A DNA stretch of 64,000 bases from a bacterium (lineage in GTDB: Bacteria; UBP18; UBA7526), in NCBI GenBank assembly GCA_030615855.1, contig JAUWYL010000003.1, forward strand, positions 2,384 through 66,383, given 5' to 3'. Positions 49,001-57,131 of this stretch are shown one piece after another; the stretch's first letter is position 1, and each line of letters opens with the position of its first letter. The position numbers and the translations under genes were made by a program. The notes under the pieces are model-generated. The model was not told the origin of the DNA. It did no database searches and saw only the letters and a program-made list of their open reading frames with translations.

Positions 49001-50290
49001 GGATAATACTACATCAGTATCTATTACATTTGGAGTAACACTATCTTCTATTCTGGAGTTAGCTGCATCAAAGTTAGAAATGAGGAAGTAATCATCACCA
49101 GCCGGATCACCCGTGGCCTTTATGGTTCCAGAAAGGGTGACTTGCATAGGAGCTTCAGCTCCAGCAGAAAATTTAGTGAGATACCAGTTGGTCAAATCAA
49201 TGTCTGAACTGCTGGTATTCCTCAGTTCAATCCATTCATCGGAACTGCTAAGCGTACTCCCTGTCCACATCAATTCGTTGATCACTACCGGCGCTCCTCC
49301 GTCATAATAGAGAGCAGTATCTGTGCGGTCAATAGAGGGGGCTGGTTCGGCATCGGCATAGGTAGCGGTAATGGTAGAGCCATCGGCCACCTTAATCACA
49401 TTATTGGCATCATTACTAGCAGTTGTAGAAACTCCTAACTCTGGCTCTGGAGATTGAATGTTAAATATTCCGGTATCGTTTCCCGTTTCGGTTAGGGTAA
49501 TACTTATCGTTACTGGGTCAGAGGTAGTGGAGATTATGCTGACCGTAAACGACTGCTTACTTCCCGAATCGGTATTGCGATCATTATCAGTGACCGTAAT
49601 ATCGGAAGTTTGAGAAGTGCTGCTAAAGATTCCTCTATCAATATCTATGCTCCCCACATAGTTGCCGCTTCCATTTGCTGCTCCCGGAGTTCCCAATTCT
49701 GTAGCCCCGGAATCCCAGTTCAGGGAGGTCGTAGCAGTATACCAGTTCTCTGATACCGTTCCATCACCCGGTGTAGTATTACGAGACATAGAGTATTTAT
49801 TGGCATTATCCCCAGCAAATGGGGTTCCACTAGCATCATCAGCGGTATCGATGATCGTAGTGGTTTCACCTGCATAGGGGCCATCATAGAGTTTTATCTG
49901 TAGAGCAGTATTGGCTAAAGAGACATCAGTATCTACCACATCTGGTATGACGTTCAACTTTGAACTACCACTGGTCTCGGCATAATTGGAGATGAGGAAG
50001 TATCCATTGGCTGGGATGGTGCCAGAGGAGATGGTGAGCATCAACGTCTCTGCGCCACTACTATACTTAGTAATATCCCAATTACTCAGATTGATGGGTG
50101 AACTGGTCATATTCCTCAGTTCGATCCATTCATCATAAGTACTGGCATTACTCCCCATCCACATCAACTCATTGATCACCACATCCCCGGGATCTGCTCC
50201 CCAGGCTCGCCCGCTCCCACAGAGAGCTATACTAATAATAAGGAATAGCATTAATGTTAAGTTCTTAGAAAATATTTTTCTTATCTTCAT
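46022..50290 (-). CDS. giant surface protein: three lamin-tail domains + ComEC-like metallo-beta-lactamase nuclease domain + Ig/FlgD-like domain + Gly-linker + CFIATAAY C-terminal sorting domain
   Basis: Lamin-tail-domain motifs VVINELMWMGSNASTYDEWIELRN, VVINELMWTGSTLSSSDEWIELRN, ILINEIATKDTPEWIEFHN. MBL segment MTVTFIDVGQGDSILVQTPGGENILIDGG ... VATHADSDHYGDL (ComEC C-terminal-domain-like). C-terminus GGGSGGCFIATAAYSS[repeat insert]NFLNCPPEIMALRQFRDQHLL...SPPIADFIRDKEPLK. Confidence 0.7.
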   Translation of the reverse strand: MKIRKIFSKNLTLMLFLIISIALCGSGRAWGADPGDVVINELMWMGSNASTYDEWIELRNMTSSPINLSNWDITKYSSGAETLMLTISSGTIPANGYFLISNYAETSGSSKLNVIPDVVDTDVSLANTALQIKLYDGPYAGETTTIIDTADDASGTPFAGDNANKYSMSRNTTPGDGTVSENWYTATTSLNWDSGATELGTPGAANGSGNYVGSIDIDRGIFSSTSQTSDITVTDNDRNTDSGSKQSFTVSIISTTSDPVTISITLTETGNDTGIFNIQSPEPELGVSTTASNDANNVIKVADGSTITATYADAEPAPSIDRTDTALYYDGGAPVVINELMWTGSTLSSSDEWIELRNTSSSDIDLTNWYLTKFSAGAEAPMQVTLSGTIKATGDPAGDDYFLISNFDAANSRIEDSVTPNVIDTDVVLSNSTLQIKLYTDGDILYDTAGDSSTPLAGDNDKKYSMERRSTPGDGTQAKNWYTANEEGTTNWDAGATERGSPKATNTTAPDEGDPGSILINEIATKDTPEWIEFHNVSGTTQNIGSWRVLERSAYIKTFPDYTMSDDEYIVLRLRDDPEDPTADEVDSDTNGNGYRDFYSTDSGLTGTDNVIILEDPSGNIIDAVSLAKRDGTWAGTQRTAFNRIADDSLSPRQWIGDAGDEDTYSNETQEGQSANWTSGAKGKSLGRDNASGATDTHKESDWNLITTPTKGKKNPSSLELDVSIKINEVSFNASGSKDWVELYCEADGTSDGSGVDIGECYFEDDGTIKTIAKGTTIKTGEYLVLQPASGCMTVTFIDVGQGDSILVQTPGGENILIDGGNPNKEIVDSYLDKVGVSTTVHRMVATHADSDHYGDLTDVLNNKTVEAIWLSGQPESYYTDAFVTAVKNELGYPTISDVNDIPGIVPTVGQTYTWDEDYNITAKVLNAHATSPWPGATEEEGTDYKNNSSIVIYLTYGNVSFMLTGDAESSACHDNDPRFEVEENLISKYGIGLTSDILKVGHHGARYATSSNFLTYVYPDKAVISTGSNPYNHPTTECLDRLSAKSIPYYCTGTGSRTGAPTGRGNIEIFTNGMSYWMDELTAGSDGIINIWAHDTGLTSTDEQVIFKDGLGNIEDAVCWADQSGTWGSGEEADVQALVDADPEQWKIAGASLAESDCFNSTTVDANDSIARDADSSDTNANSDWSVCSSPTRGKVNNADMPSGVGIRGLGVSEDPFLSDGSDLNRRHTKISFTLNKESEVTIQALDGRGRVVKTLGEDKYYIADSFSTKWDGKNSSGDSVPIGYYTIYIKAIAEDGNSSTEATTTVTVGKSLSGGGSGGCFIATAAYSSCTDRHGLKSRISTDKTNQLTNFLNCPPEIMALRQFRDQHLLTNPLGRAFVLTYCKISPPIADFIRDKEPLKAVVRAGLKPLVWGANKLIRK
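46252..46292. repeat. atccgtg / cacggat-family tandem repeat inserted in-frame within the C-terminal sorting domain of the 1422-aa protein
   Basis: tatccgtgctaatccgtgattttaatccgtgcctatccgtg encodes CTDRHGLKSRISTDK between AAYSS and NFLNCPPE. The paralogous site of the 1094-aa protein (51261-51304) carries the same family. Confidence 0.7.
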
Positions 50291-50307
50291 CCTGCACCTT
50301 TTGATAT

Positions 50308-50874
50308 TTAATTCCTTCCCTTCATGATCTTCTTCAGCCGATTCCAGACTCTTAAATCTTCCGCTTCATCACAGATCTTCATTGCCCATTCCTCAAGGTA
50401 TTTAACATCCAGGCTTCTCCCATGACGGATAAATATGCTTTCTACGTCAATCATATCTCGGCCTCTGCCTGGGATTAACTTGAGAAGAATTAAATCTTCG
50501 GGAGTAGGGATATAAATCTGCCGTCCCATAATTTTGGCTTTTCTTTTCCTTTGGAAGGCCGATTTTTCTAATGCTATTGATAGCTTGATGAAATCGATAT
50601 GAAGTCTACTGTGGTATAGACGGAAGACCCCCCGGGTATCAAATGTCTCTTGGACCACTTCCCTGTCGAATTTGAAGCCTTTCCTTTGAGCTGTGGTTAG
50701 GAATGCCTCTAATTTTTTCCTGTTTATTAAGATGATGAAATCCGCATCATTGGTTACTCTTGGTTCGCCAATAATACCGACCGCCAAACCTCCTACCAGA
50801 AGATAAGGGGTGTTTGTTACCTTTAACAACCCCAGGGCTTTATGAAAGACTACGGGAAATCTATTGGCTTTCAT
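50308..50874 (-). CDS. minimal nucleotidyltransferase-fold protein (GG...D.D motif), function unknown
   Basis: LLVGGLAVGIIGEPRVTNDADFIILI fits the Pol-beta superfamily hG[GS] ... DxD pattern. Paralogue of 55828..56313. Lies 17 nt upstream of the giant nuclease-like gene. Confidence 0.5.
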   Translation of the reverse strand: MKANRFPVVFHKALGLLKVTNTPYLLVGGLAVGIIGEPRVTNDADFIILINRKKLEAFLTTAQRKGFKFDREVVQETFDTRGVFRLYHSRLHIDFIKLSIALEKSAFQRKRKAKIMGRQIYIPTPEDLILLKLIPGRGRDMIDVESIFIRHGRSLDVKYLEEWAMKICDEAEDLRVWNRLKKIMKGRN

Positions 50875-51083
50875 TCCTTCTTCATTTTTAACCCCAGCTT
50901 CGCACAGACTGGAAGGTGGGAAGCAAAATTCAAGGAATCTATTAGTTCTGAGTCTAATAGAAATTCCATGATCTCGGCACTCTCTTTAATGGTAAGTTTC
51001 CTCAGGGTTTCCCTTCTCTCTTTTTCGCTCTCTCTTCTATACTTTTCCGGATTCTTAATCATCGCTTCTTCCTTCTTTAACAA
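50871..51083 (-). CDS. possible small partner protein of the nucleotidyltransferase (70 aa)
   Basis: ATGA overlap with the NTase start. Charged, helical. Overlaps the last 28 bp of the upstream giant gene. Purely positional evidence. Confidence 0.3.
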   Translation of the reverse strand: MLKKEEAMIKNPEKYRRESEKERRETLRKLTIKESAEIMEFLLDSELIDSLNFASHLPVCAKLGLKMKKE

Positions 51084-54000
51084 TTCTCTTTGCTCCCCAA
51101 ACGATCGGTTTCAGATAGAATCTCACCATTGCTTTCAGTGGTTCTTTATCTGAAATAAAGCGAGCAACCGGTGGACTAAAGCGACAGTAGAACCTCACAA
51201 ATGCTTTTCCCAGGGAATTAGTCAAGAGATGCTCATCCCGAAATCTCTGCAAAACAATAATCTGTGATCTGTGTGAATCCGTAATAAATCTGTGTGAATC
51301 CGTGCCGCTGCTATAAGCAGCGGTAGCGATGAAGCATCCCCACTTCTCTGAGGTGCTCTTCGCCTCTTCCTTGGCAGCTGCCGGGGTGGTAATGGTAACC
51401 ACGGGAGTGCTCACCTCGGTGTCCGGACTTGATGAATATACCCCCCACAACTGTATGTAGTAGGTCGTTCCTCCTGAGAGACCAGTAATGGTGGTGGAGG
51501 TCGTCGCCCTGGTAGCCAGATCAACATCATTACTATCATCCCAGTAACTGGTTGCCTTGTTTTCCACTTCAGTTCGATTGGTCCCATAATAGATGCGGTA
51601 GCGGAGAAAGTCCTTATCTGAAGGAGTGAAGGGCGTCCAGGTCAACTTGCTACTTGAGGATTTCGATTCGCTCTCCTGGACATCGGCCAAACCCACAGAA
51701 ACAGAAGCAGTACCAGAAGGAGAAGTCGTCTCATTACCAGCGTTATCCATTGCCCATATTTTAGCATAGTAGATGTTAGGTGAGGTTAATCCTGTAACGA
51801 TAGTTGAAGAGGTATCTATATCTGTCTCTTCCTTTTTAGTGGCTCCTTCTGGCGAACCCGTATTGTCCTTATCCTGCACCTTTGTCTGATCCTTCCCATA
51901 CCAGATTTCATAGTGGCTGAAGTAGCTCTCTGTGCAGGCCGTCCAGGAGAAAGTAATACTCGTTGAAGTAGCAGAACTTGCCTTGAAATCCGCCAGACCA
52001 CTGGGAACCACATTATCTATGCCAAAAGGAGTACCAGGAGAAGAAGCCGTATCCCCCATATAACCATAACTACCATCATCCGCGCCATCATTGGCCTTCA
52101 TCCTGAAGTAAACCGTGTCATCTTCAGTAGTGGGAAGATCAGTTGCCGTAGCCCAGGTGATGGTCTTCTCGCCTGGAGTGCCGATAGATTCCTCGGAGGC
52201 TGGGTCAGTAGAAGCGGTATGCCAATCTATTTCATCTCCGGTGGTAGAATACTCTGGATACCCAGTGCAGGAGTGACTATCGGCATCTATCAAGGTATAG
52301 GAAATCTCCCAGTCTCCTCTTTTCCAACTGGGAACCGGTGACTCAGTAATGTTTATTAAAGGAAGATTATTGTCGGTTACCTCAATACTAATACTGATAG
52401 CCGAGGTATAACCTGCACTTGAGTCGGCATCAATCTGTATGGTTTCCCCGGTATCATAATATATGCCGCTATAACTGGCCACCCCACTCACAACGTCTTC
52501 TGTAAGGGCGTCATTAGGTAATAAGGCACCAGCACCGGCGTGAAGTGCTAAGATAACGGTACCTATGGCAGCGGGGGTCACATTACCATAGGTATCCTTT
52601 ACGCTCACCTTTGGCTGGGTAGCAAAGGGGAAACCGACGATGGCCGCATCCGATGGTGGAGTGGTAAAGTCTAATTTATTGGGATTATCAGGATCGACAG
52701 CAATATTCGTTGAGGTCCCATTAATTGCTCCATCATCGGCCTTAATCCAGGGGGTCTCTCCTGCGTTATAGAGAGTGAAACCAGATACCGTTGCCACACC
52801 ATTCGCGAAGGTCTGGTTCCCATCAGCCGGCTTGGTCGGGTCATTAACGCCTATGGCAGTAGCGTTCCAGGTCCAGGTAATGTAATGAGAACCAGTATAA
52901 TCGGTGACCGTAGTATCGTCTTGCCTCTGAGCAGTAACCGTAACTGAGAAAGTAGTTCCCGCAGTCTCAGTTCCAGAATGCTCGGTCACTACACTGAACT
53001 TGGTGGCCAACCAACCACCTGGGGGTTCTCCGTCAGAAAGCCAGGCAGCACCCAAAATCAATCTTTCGCCAGTAGCCGCATGTCGGGTTAGTCCTATAGC
53101 TATCCCGCCATTAGTAGTCCCTTCTCCAGCGCCGATCACATAGGAGTGGCTGATTTTTGTCCAGTCAGCACCATCTAAATCGGTGACACCCGACTCATCT
53201 ATACCACCAGCATGCTCAACCCCTACTTTTACCTTACCAGTTCCTTTTGCCCAGACCACCACATAATAGGTTTTGCCCACTTCTAAATCTTTACCTAACT
53301 GCTTTAGATAACGCTCATCAGAATATGGTTCATGGGCAAAAGAAGCCTCCCCGACTAAAACCTCATCTGGGTCAGTAGTTCTTTCACCTCTATTGCCCCA
53401 GGTGTATTCATCAGGATCACTACCGGTAATATCATCAAAAAATTCGTTGTATAGGTAATTCTCTCCTGCTTCAGGATGGGTCTGGAAGGTCTTGATATCC
53501 CCATATGCATGATCGCTGTCATATTCTACAACGCCTCTAAACTGATATTTGGTCTTTTTACTAAAACTCGGAGTAGCGGTATGTGAGCCAGCTACACCAT
53601 AAGGTGTGTAGGTTGTCTCATTATCGGTTATGCTGCCTGAACTTTCCCCCCATTGAAAGTAGACATCAACAGAAATCTCCTCCCCCATGGTAAAATCACA
53701 GTTAAGGGTAGCGGTAGTAGTCCCGATGCTTGAGGCATCCTGAGTGGTGACTGTAGGATAAGGGTAGGTGCCTGTAGTAGTCCAGATAATTTCGTCCGTA
53801 ATGACCTTTCCCTCTGACCTATTGCCGATACACTTAAATACCACATTATTGCTTTCACTTATGGCAGTCAATGCCCCAGCCACCAGGGACCCATAGGTAC
53901 CATCAGTGGCTGAGTAATAAGTCTGATCAACAGGAAGAGCACCGACATCGATTACCGTTGTCAGATCAGAGTAGGCACCCCCATCAATACTATATTGGAA

Positions 54001-54339
54001 CTTTACATCACCAGTAGTAGTACCAGCACGCATCACTTGGAAGTCAAAATTAGTAAGGGTTAATCCCCGGAAATCAAAGGTATCGGTTGTATAGGTAGAT
54101 TCTCCTGTACCGGCTTTGATCATTGCTGCATTGGTGCAGTAGCTAATGTTGTATGTTACGAAGTTACCATCAGCGGTCCAGCCCGACGGCCAATCGGGAG
54201 GATCTATACTTTCAAAATCCTCTGTATAGCCAGGCGAATGCGGTATAATGAGGGCCTGGGCACCCATACCCCAGCCCAGAAGCAACCCAATAGAGAGGGA
54301 TATCAATATTAAGTTCTGGGAAAGTCTTCTTTTCTTCAT
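51055..54339 (-). CDS. large surface protein with fibronectin-type-III-like domains and CFIATAAY C-terminal sorting domain
   Basis: Signal peptide. FN3-like units (e.g. ...YYAKIWAMDNAGNETTSPSG). C-terminus WGCFIATAAYSSGTDSHRFITDSHRSQIIVLQRFRDEHLL...SPPVARFISDKEPLK. TTGACA-17-TATACT promoter upstream. Confidence 0.65.
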   Translation of the reverse strand: MKKRRLSQNLILISLSIGLLLGWGMGAQALIIPHSPGYTEDFESIDPPDWPSGWTADGNFVTYNISYCTNAAMIKAGTGESTYTTDTFDFRGLTLTNFDFQVMRAGTTTGDVKFQYSIDGGAYSDLTTVIDVGALPVDQTYYSATDGTYGSLVAGALTAISESNNVVFKCIGNRSEGKVITDEIIWTTTGTYPYPTVTTQDASSIGTTTATLNCDFTMGEEISVDVYFQWGESSGSITDNETTYTPYGVAGSHTATPSFSKKTKYQFRGVVEYDSDHAYGDIKTFQTHPEAGENYLYNEFFDDITGSDPDEYTWGNRGERTTDPDEVLVGEASFAHEPYSDERYLKQLGKDLEVGKTYYVVVWAKGTGKVKVGVEHAGGIDESGVTDLDGADWTKISHSYVIGAGEGTTNGGIAIGLTRHAATGERLILGAAWLSDGEPPGGWLATKFSVVTEHSGTETAGTTFSVTVTAQRQDDTTVTDYTGSHYITWTWNATAIGVNDPTKPADGNQTFANGVATVSGFTLYNAGETPWIKADDGAINGTSTNIAVDPDNPNKLDFTTPPSDAAIVGFPFATQPKVSVKDTYGNVTPAAIGTVILALHAGAGALLPNDALTEDVVSGVASYSGIYYDTGETIQIDADSSAGYTSAISISIEVTDNNLPLINITESPVPSWKRGDWEISYTLIDADSHSCTGYPEYSTTGDEIDWHTASTDPASEESIGTPGEKTITWATATDLPTTEDDTVYFRMKANDGADDGSYGYMGDTASSPGTPFGIDNVVPSGLADFKASSATSTSITFSWTACTESYFSHYEIWYGKDQTKVQDKDNTGSPEGATKKEETDIDTSSTIVTGLTSPNIYYAKIWAMDNAGNETTSPSGTASVSVGLADVQESESKSSSSKLTWTPFTPSDKDFLRYRIYYGTNRTEVENKATSYWDDSNDVDLATRATTSTTITGLSGGTTYYIQLWGVYSSSPDTEVSTPVVTITTPAAAKEEAKSTSEKWGCFIATAAYSSGTDSHRFITDSHRSQIIVLQRFRDEHLLTNSLGKAFVRFYCRFSPPVARFISDKEPLKAMVRFYLKPIVWGAKRIVKEGRSDD

Positions 54340-54370
54340 TTTGACTTAGGGCTCCATATTCCTTAGGAAT

Positions 54371-54399
54371 AGTATATTATTTCACACATTATATGTCAA
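54371..54399 (-). promoter_or_regulatory. sigma70-type promoter (TTGACA-17 bp-TATACT) for the 1094-aa surface-protein gene
   Basis: Minus strand: -35 = complement of 54394..54399; -10 = complement of 54371..54376. About 30 nt upstream of the start codon. Confidence 0.55.
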
Positions 54400-54487
54400 A
54401 TGTTCTTAGTCATTACTCCTGTATTTAATGTATTACCTTATTATTAGAGACTATCTCTTCCAAAAAGTTCCAAAATTATAGGGACTT

Positions 54488-55273
54488 TTAAAGGGCTTGG
54501 GAGAGACGGGAGAGGAGATCTTTAAGTTCTTTGCGACTTTCGAAGGTGACCAATAGTCTTTCTGCCTTCTTACCGGTTCGGATATTGATCTTCTTCTTCC
54601 ATTCCTTCCTGAGATGCCTCATGATATCTCTTTCGATGGCATTGAGTTCCTTCTCTCTTTCTGTCAACTCTTCCCCGGGTCGTGCTAAATCGACCAGAAC
54701 CATAGTATCTTCAACGGAGAGGCCTCGCTTAATTACTTCTTTGGCAAAGGAGAGCTGTTTATTCTTGTCCTCAAGTCCCATCAATACCTTGGCATGACCA
54801 AAGGTGATCCTACCCTTATGGAGATATTCTAACACCTTATGATGTAATCTCTTCAGAAGACGAAGATGATGACTGATATCTGATTGGGTGCGTCCGGTCT
54901 TCTTAGCGATCTCTTCTTCCTTAATCTTATAGGAATCCTTCAATTCCTGAAAGCCTTTGGCCCTCTCCAAAGGGGTAAGATCCAGCCTTTCTATATTCTC
55001 CACAATGGATTTAACTAGTAGGTCCTCACCCCCTATTTCTCCTAAGATAGCACAGGGTAATTCCTTCCAGCCCAATTTCTTTATTGCTTTAAGACGCCTA
55101 TTGCCAGAGATAAGATAATATTTATTCCCCCTTTTGGAGACCGTGGGAGGACAGATGAGGCCATTCTCTCTAATCGACCGGGCTAAATCTTCGATATTCT
55201 CCCTACCGCTTTCAAAACGTACCTTATATCCCTTGGTAGAAATCTCTTTTAAAGGCAGAATTCTAAAACGCAT
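54488..55273 (-). CDS. ParB/Spo0J-family protein (orphan, no adjacent ParA)
   Basis: ParB N-domain with ISGNRRLKAIKKLG (GxRR motif). HTH KTGRTQSDISHHLRLLKRL. C-terminal dimerisation region. Confidence 0.7.
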   Translation of the reverse strand: MRFRILPLKEISTKGYKVRFESGRENIEDLARSIRENGLICPPTVSKRGNKYYLISGNRRLKAIKKLGWKELPCAILGEIGGEDLLVKSIVENIERLDLTPLERAKGFQELKDSYKIKEEEIAKKTGRTQSDISHHLRLLKRLHHKVLEYLHKGRITFGHAKVLMGLEDKNKQLSFAKEVIKRGLSVEDTMVLVDLARPGEELTEREKELNAIERDIMRHLRKEWKKKINIRTGKKAERLLVTFESRKELKDLLSRLSQAL

Positions 55274-55466
55274 TTTTCTTCACCCTCGAAAAAAGAGGCA
55301 AATATGCCATATGGCATATTTTGGTAGCAATAAGAGTCAGGCCCGCCTTCGTCCGTCCGTCTCCGACGGGCCGAACTTCGGCGGGTAAGCATTTGACAAT
55401 AAATAAGTTCTGGAAAAGTCTTCTTTTCTTCATCCCGCACCTTTTGATAAGTTGATTAGTTGACAA
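55263..55466 (-). pseudogene. remnant 5' end of a paralogous large surface-protein gene
   Basis: Minus strand tatcaaaaggtgcgggATGAAGAAAAGAAGACTTTTCCAGAAC closely matches the ribosome-binding region and start of the 1094-aa gene (ATGAAGAAAAGAAGACTTTCCCAGAAC) and the upstream tatcaaaaggtgcagg of the 1422-aa gene. The reading frame degenerates after ~65 codons. Confidence 0.35.
55296..55317. promoter_or_regulatory. perfect 22-bp palindrome AAATATGCCATATGGCATATTT 20-45 bp upstream of the ParB-like gene
   Basis: Read directly. The position is consistent with an operator or parS-like site, but the function is inferred. Confidence 0.4.
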
Positions 55467-55827
55467 GTTGACAAGTCAATAAGTTTGCAACCGCCTATAC
55501 GCAAATTGTTACAAATTTTTTTGTTACATTTTTAAGTGCAATATAAAAAGACACTTTTATTAAAGATTTTCCACAATGGAGATGGGCTCCTGACCAGTTC
55601 ATTATTTATCTTCCTGGATGAGAGCAAACAAGATAGGCCTCACTCCATTCGGCAAAATCCTAAATTCTAATATCGAAACTCTAAACAATATCTAAATTCA
55701 AAATTCAAATGTTCCAAACCCGTTTAGTTTTGGATTTTTGTCATTTGAGATTCGGATTTGTTTAGGATTTAGTGCTTCGGATTTAGTATTTAACATTATC
55801 CAAATTCCGATGCCTCAAGGGTATCGA

Positions 55828-56313
55828 TCATCTTTTCTTCCTTAGACGTAGCTGAGCTCTTAGAAGTCGGGCATCCTTCTTATCTCGGGGACGGCCACTC
55901 CACTCCTTAAGATGAATAAGGTCAATGATCTCAGGAAGGGGGATCACCAGGCCAGCAAACTTTACCCTAATTCTATACTGATACATAAAGTCAAATTTGG
56001 CCTGGGAAAGGGTTAGGAGATCGATCCTCTGAGTATTAGTAATACGCAACATTTTTTTCTTTAACAGCCATTCTTTCCAATTGACAATCTTTCTCCCTTT
56101 CTCATCCATCGCTTTAGAATATCCCAACCTCTTTATGATCTTTAGAGTAAGGGCAACTTCCTTCTCATCCTGAGGCAAGAGAAGATCTAGGTCAAAAGTA
56201 GCCCTCTCTACCCCGTATAAAACAACAGCAACTCCTCCAATAACGAGATACCTCAGCCTTCTTTTATTAAACGCTCTGATAATCTTTTTAATTTCTTCCT
56301 TTTGGTTCGCCAC
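55828..56313 (-). CDS. minimal nucleotidyltransferase-fold protein, paralogue of 50308..50874
   Basis: LVIGGVAVVLYGVERATFDLDLLLP, same fold motif. Flanked on both sides by AT-rich non-coding DNA. Confidence 0.5.
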   Translation of the reverse strand: MANQKEEIKKIIRAFNKRRLRYLVIGGVAVVLYGVERATFDLDLLLPQDEKEVALTLKIIKRLGYSKAMDEKGRKIVNWKEWLLKKKMLRITNTQRIDLLTLSQAKFDFMYQYRIRVKFAGLVIPLPEIIDLIHLKEWSGRPRDKKDARLLRAQLRLRKKR

Positions 56314-57131
56314 GGTTTTACCGCCCTCCCTAACAGTTGGTTGAATAAAAATACTTTCTCCAGATTTTCTGGATAAAGTTTTAGTCTTAGATACTTCCTT
56401 CGTCTATTCAATTTAAGATATTTTTCACTCCTCATCTTCCTATCTCAACCCTAGAATGGGGATCAGGTCCCATTGGATAGTAAACATCCAACGGGATAAA
56501 TCTTGACCCCGAAGGACAAGCCCCGAAGAACAAGTCTACGGGGTAAACCTACGGGGCTCTGCACCGTATGGTTCAGGGCGGGGCAGGCAAATCTTGAAAA
56601 GCGTAATAAAACCCTTTCTGAATCCTTCTTTTACAGTTATTTCTTGCTCTTTTGAGTCTAAGCAGATACTTAAGGTCTTTTAAATCCTGCGGTTTTCCCG
56701 CACTACGTTTCATCCTAATGGAGATCGTTACCCTATGTCCTTTTATAGATTACTGAAAAACCACTGAATCCACTGAAATCACAGAAAATTTGTTATTCTG
56801 TTTCTTTATTTTTTAATATCTTTTGTTCAGTGTTCTCAGTGCCCTCTGTGGTTAAAGACTTTTCAGCGGTCTCTTTTAATAATTTGAGAAGGCCTTCAGT
56901 GTCCACTTTTCTTCCTGTTTATTGACAGGAAGGCCCGCCTGCCGGCGGGCCCTGTAGATATGAGAATCATCAACAGGGTAGAGTGATCATTTACCCCGCT
57001 CGCTCCATTAGAGATAGGAAACGCTTCTTTCTGATTATCTTACTGAAAGCGTTTCCGTCATCTCTATTCAAGCTGCTTAGCATCTCTAATGGAGGGAATG
57101 GCGAAGCCCGTCTATCTGCCAAGATCACCGT

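Noticed and set aside
56253-56435. 60-aa minus-strand ORF overlapping the start of the NTase gene
   Set aside because: Overlaps the NTase N-terminus in another frame. Highly basic and low-complexity. Probably not coding, though an antitoxin-like partner cannot be excluded.
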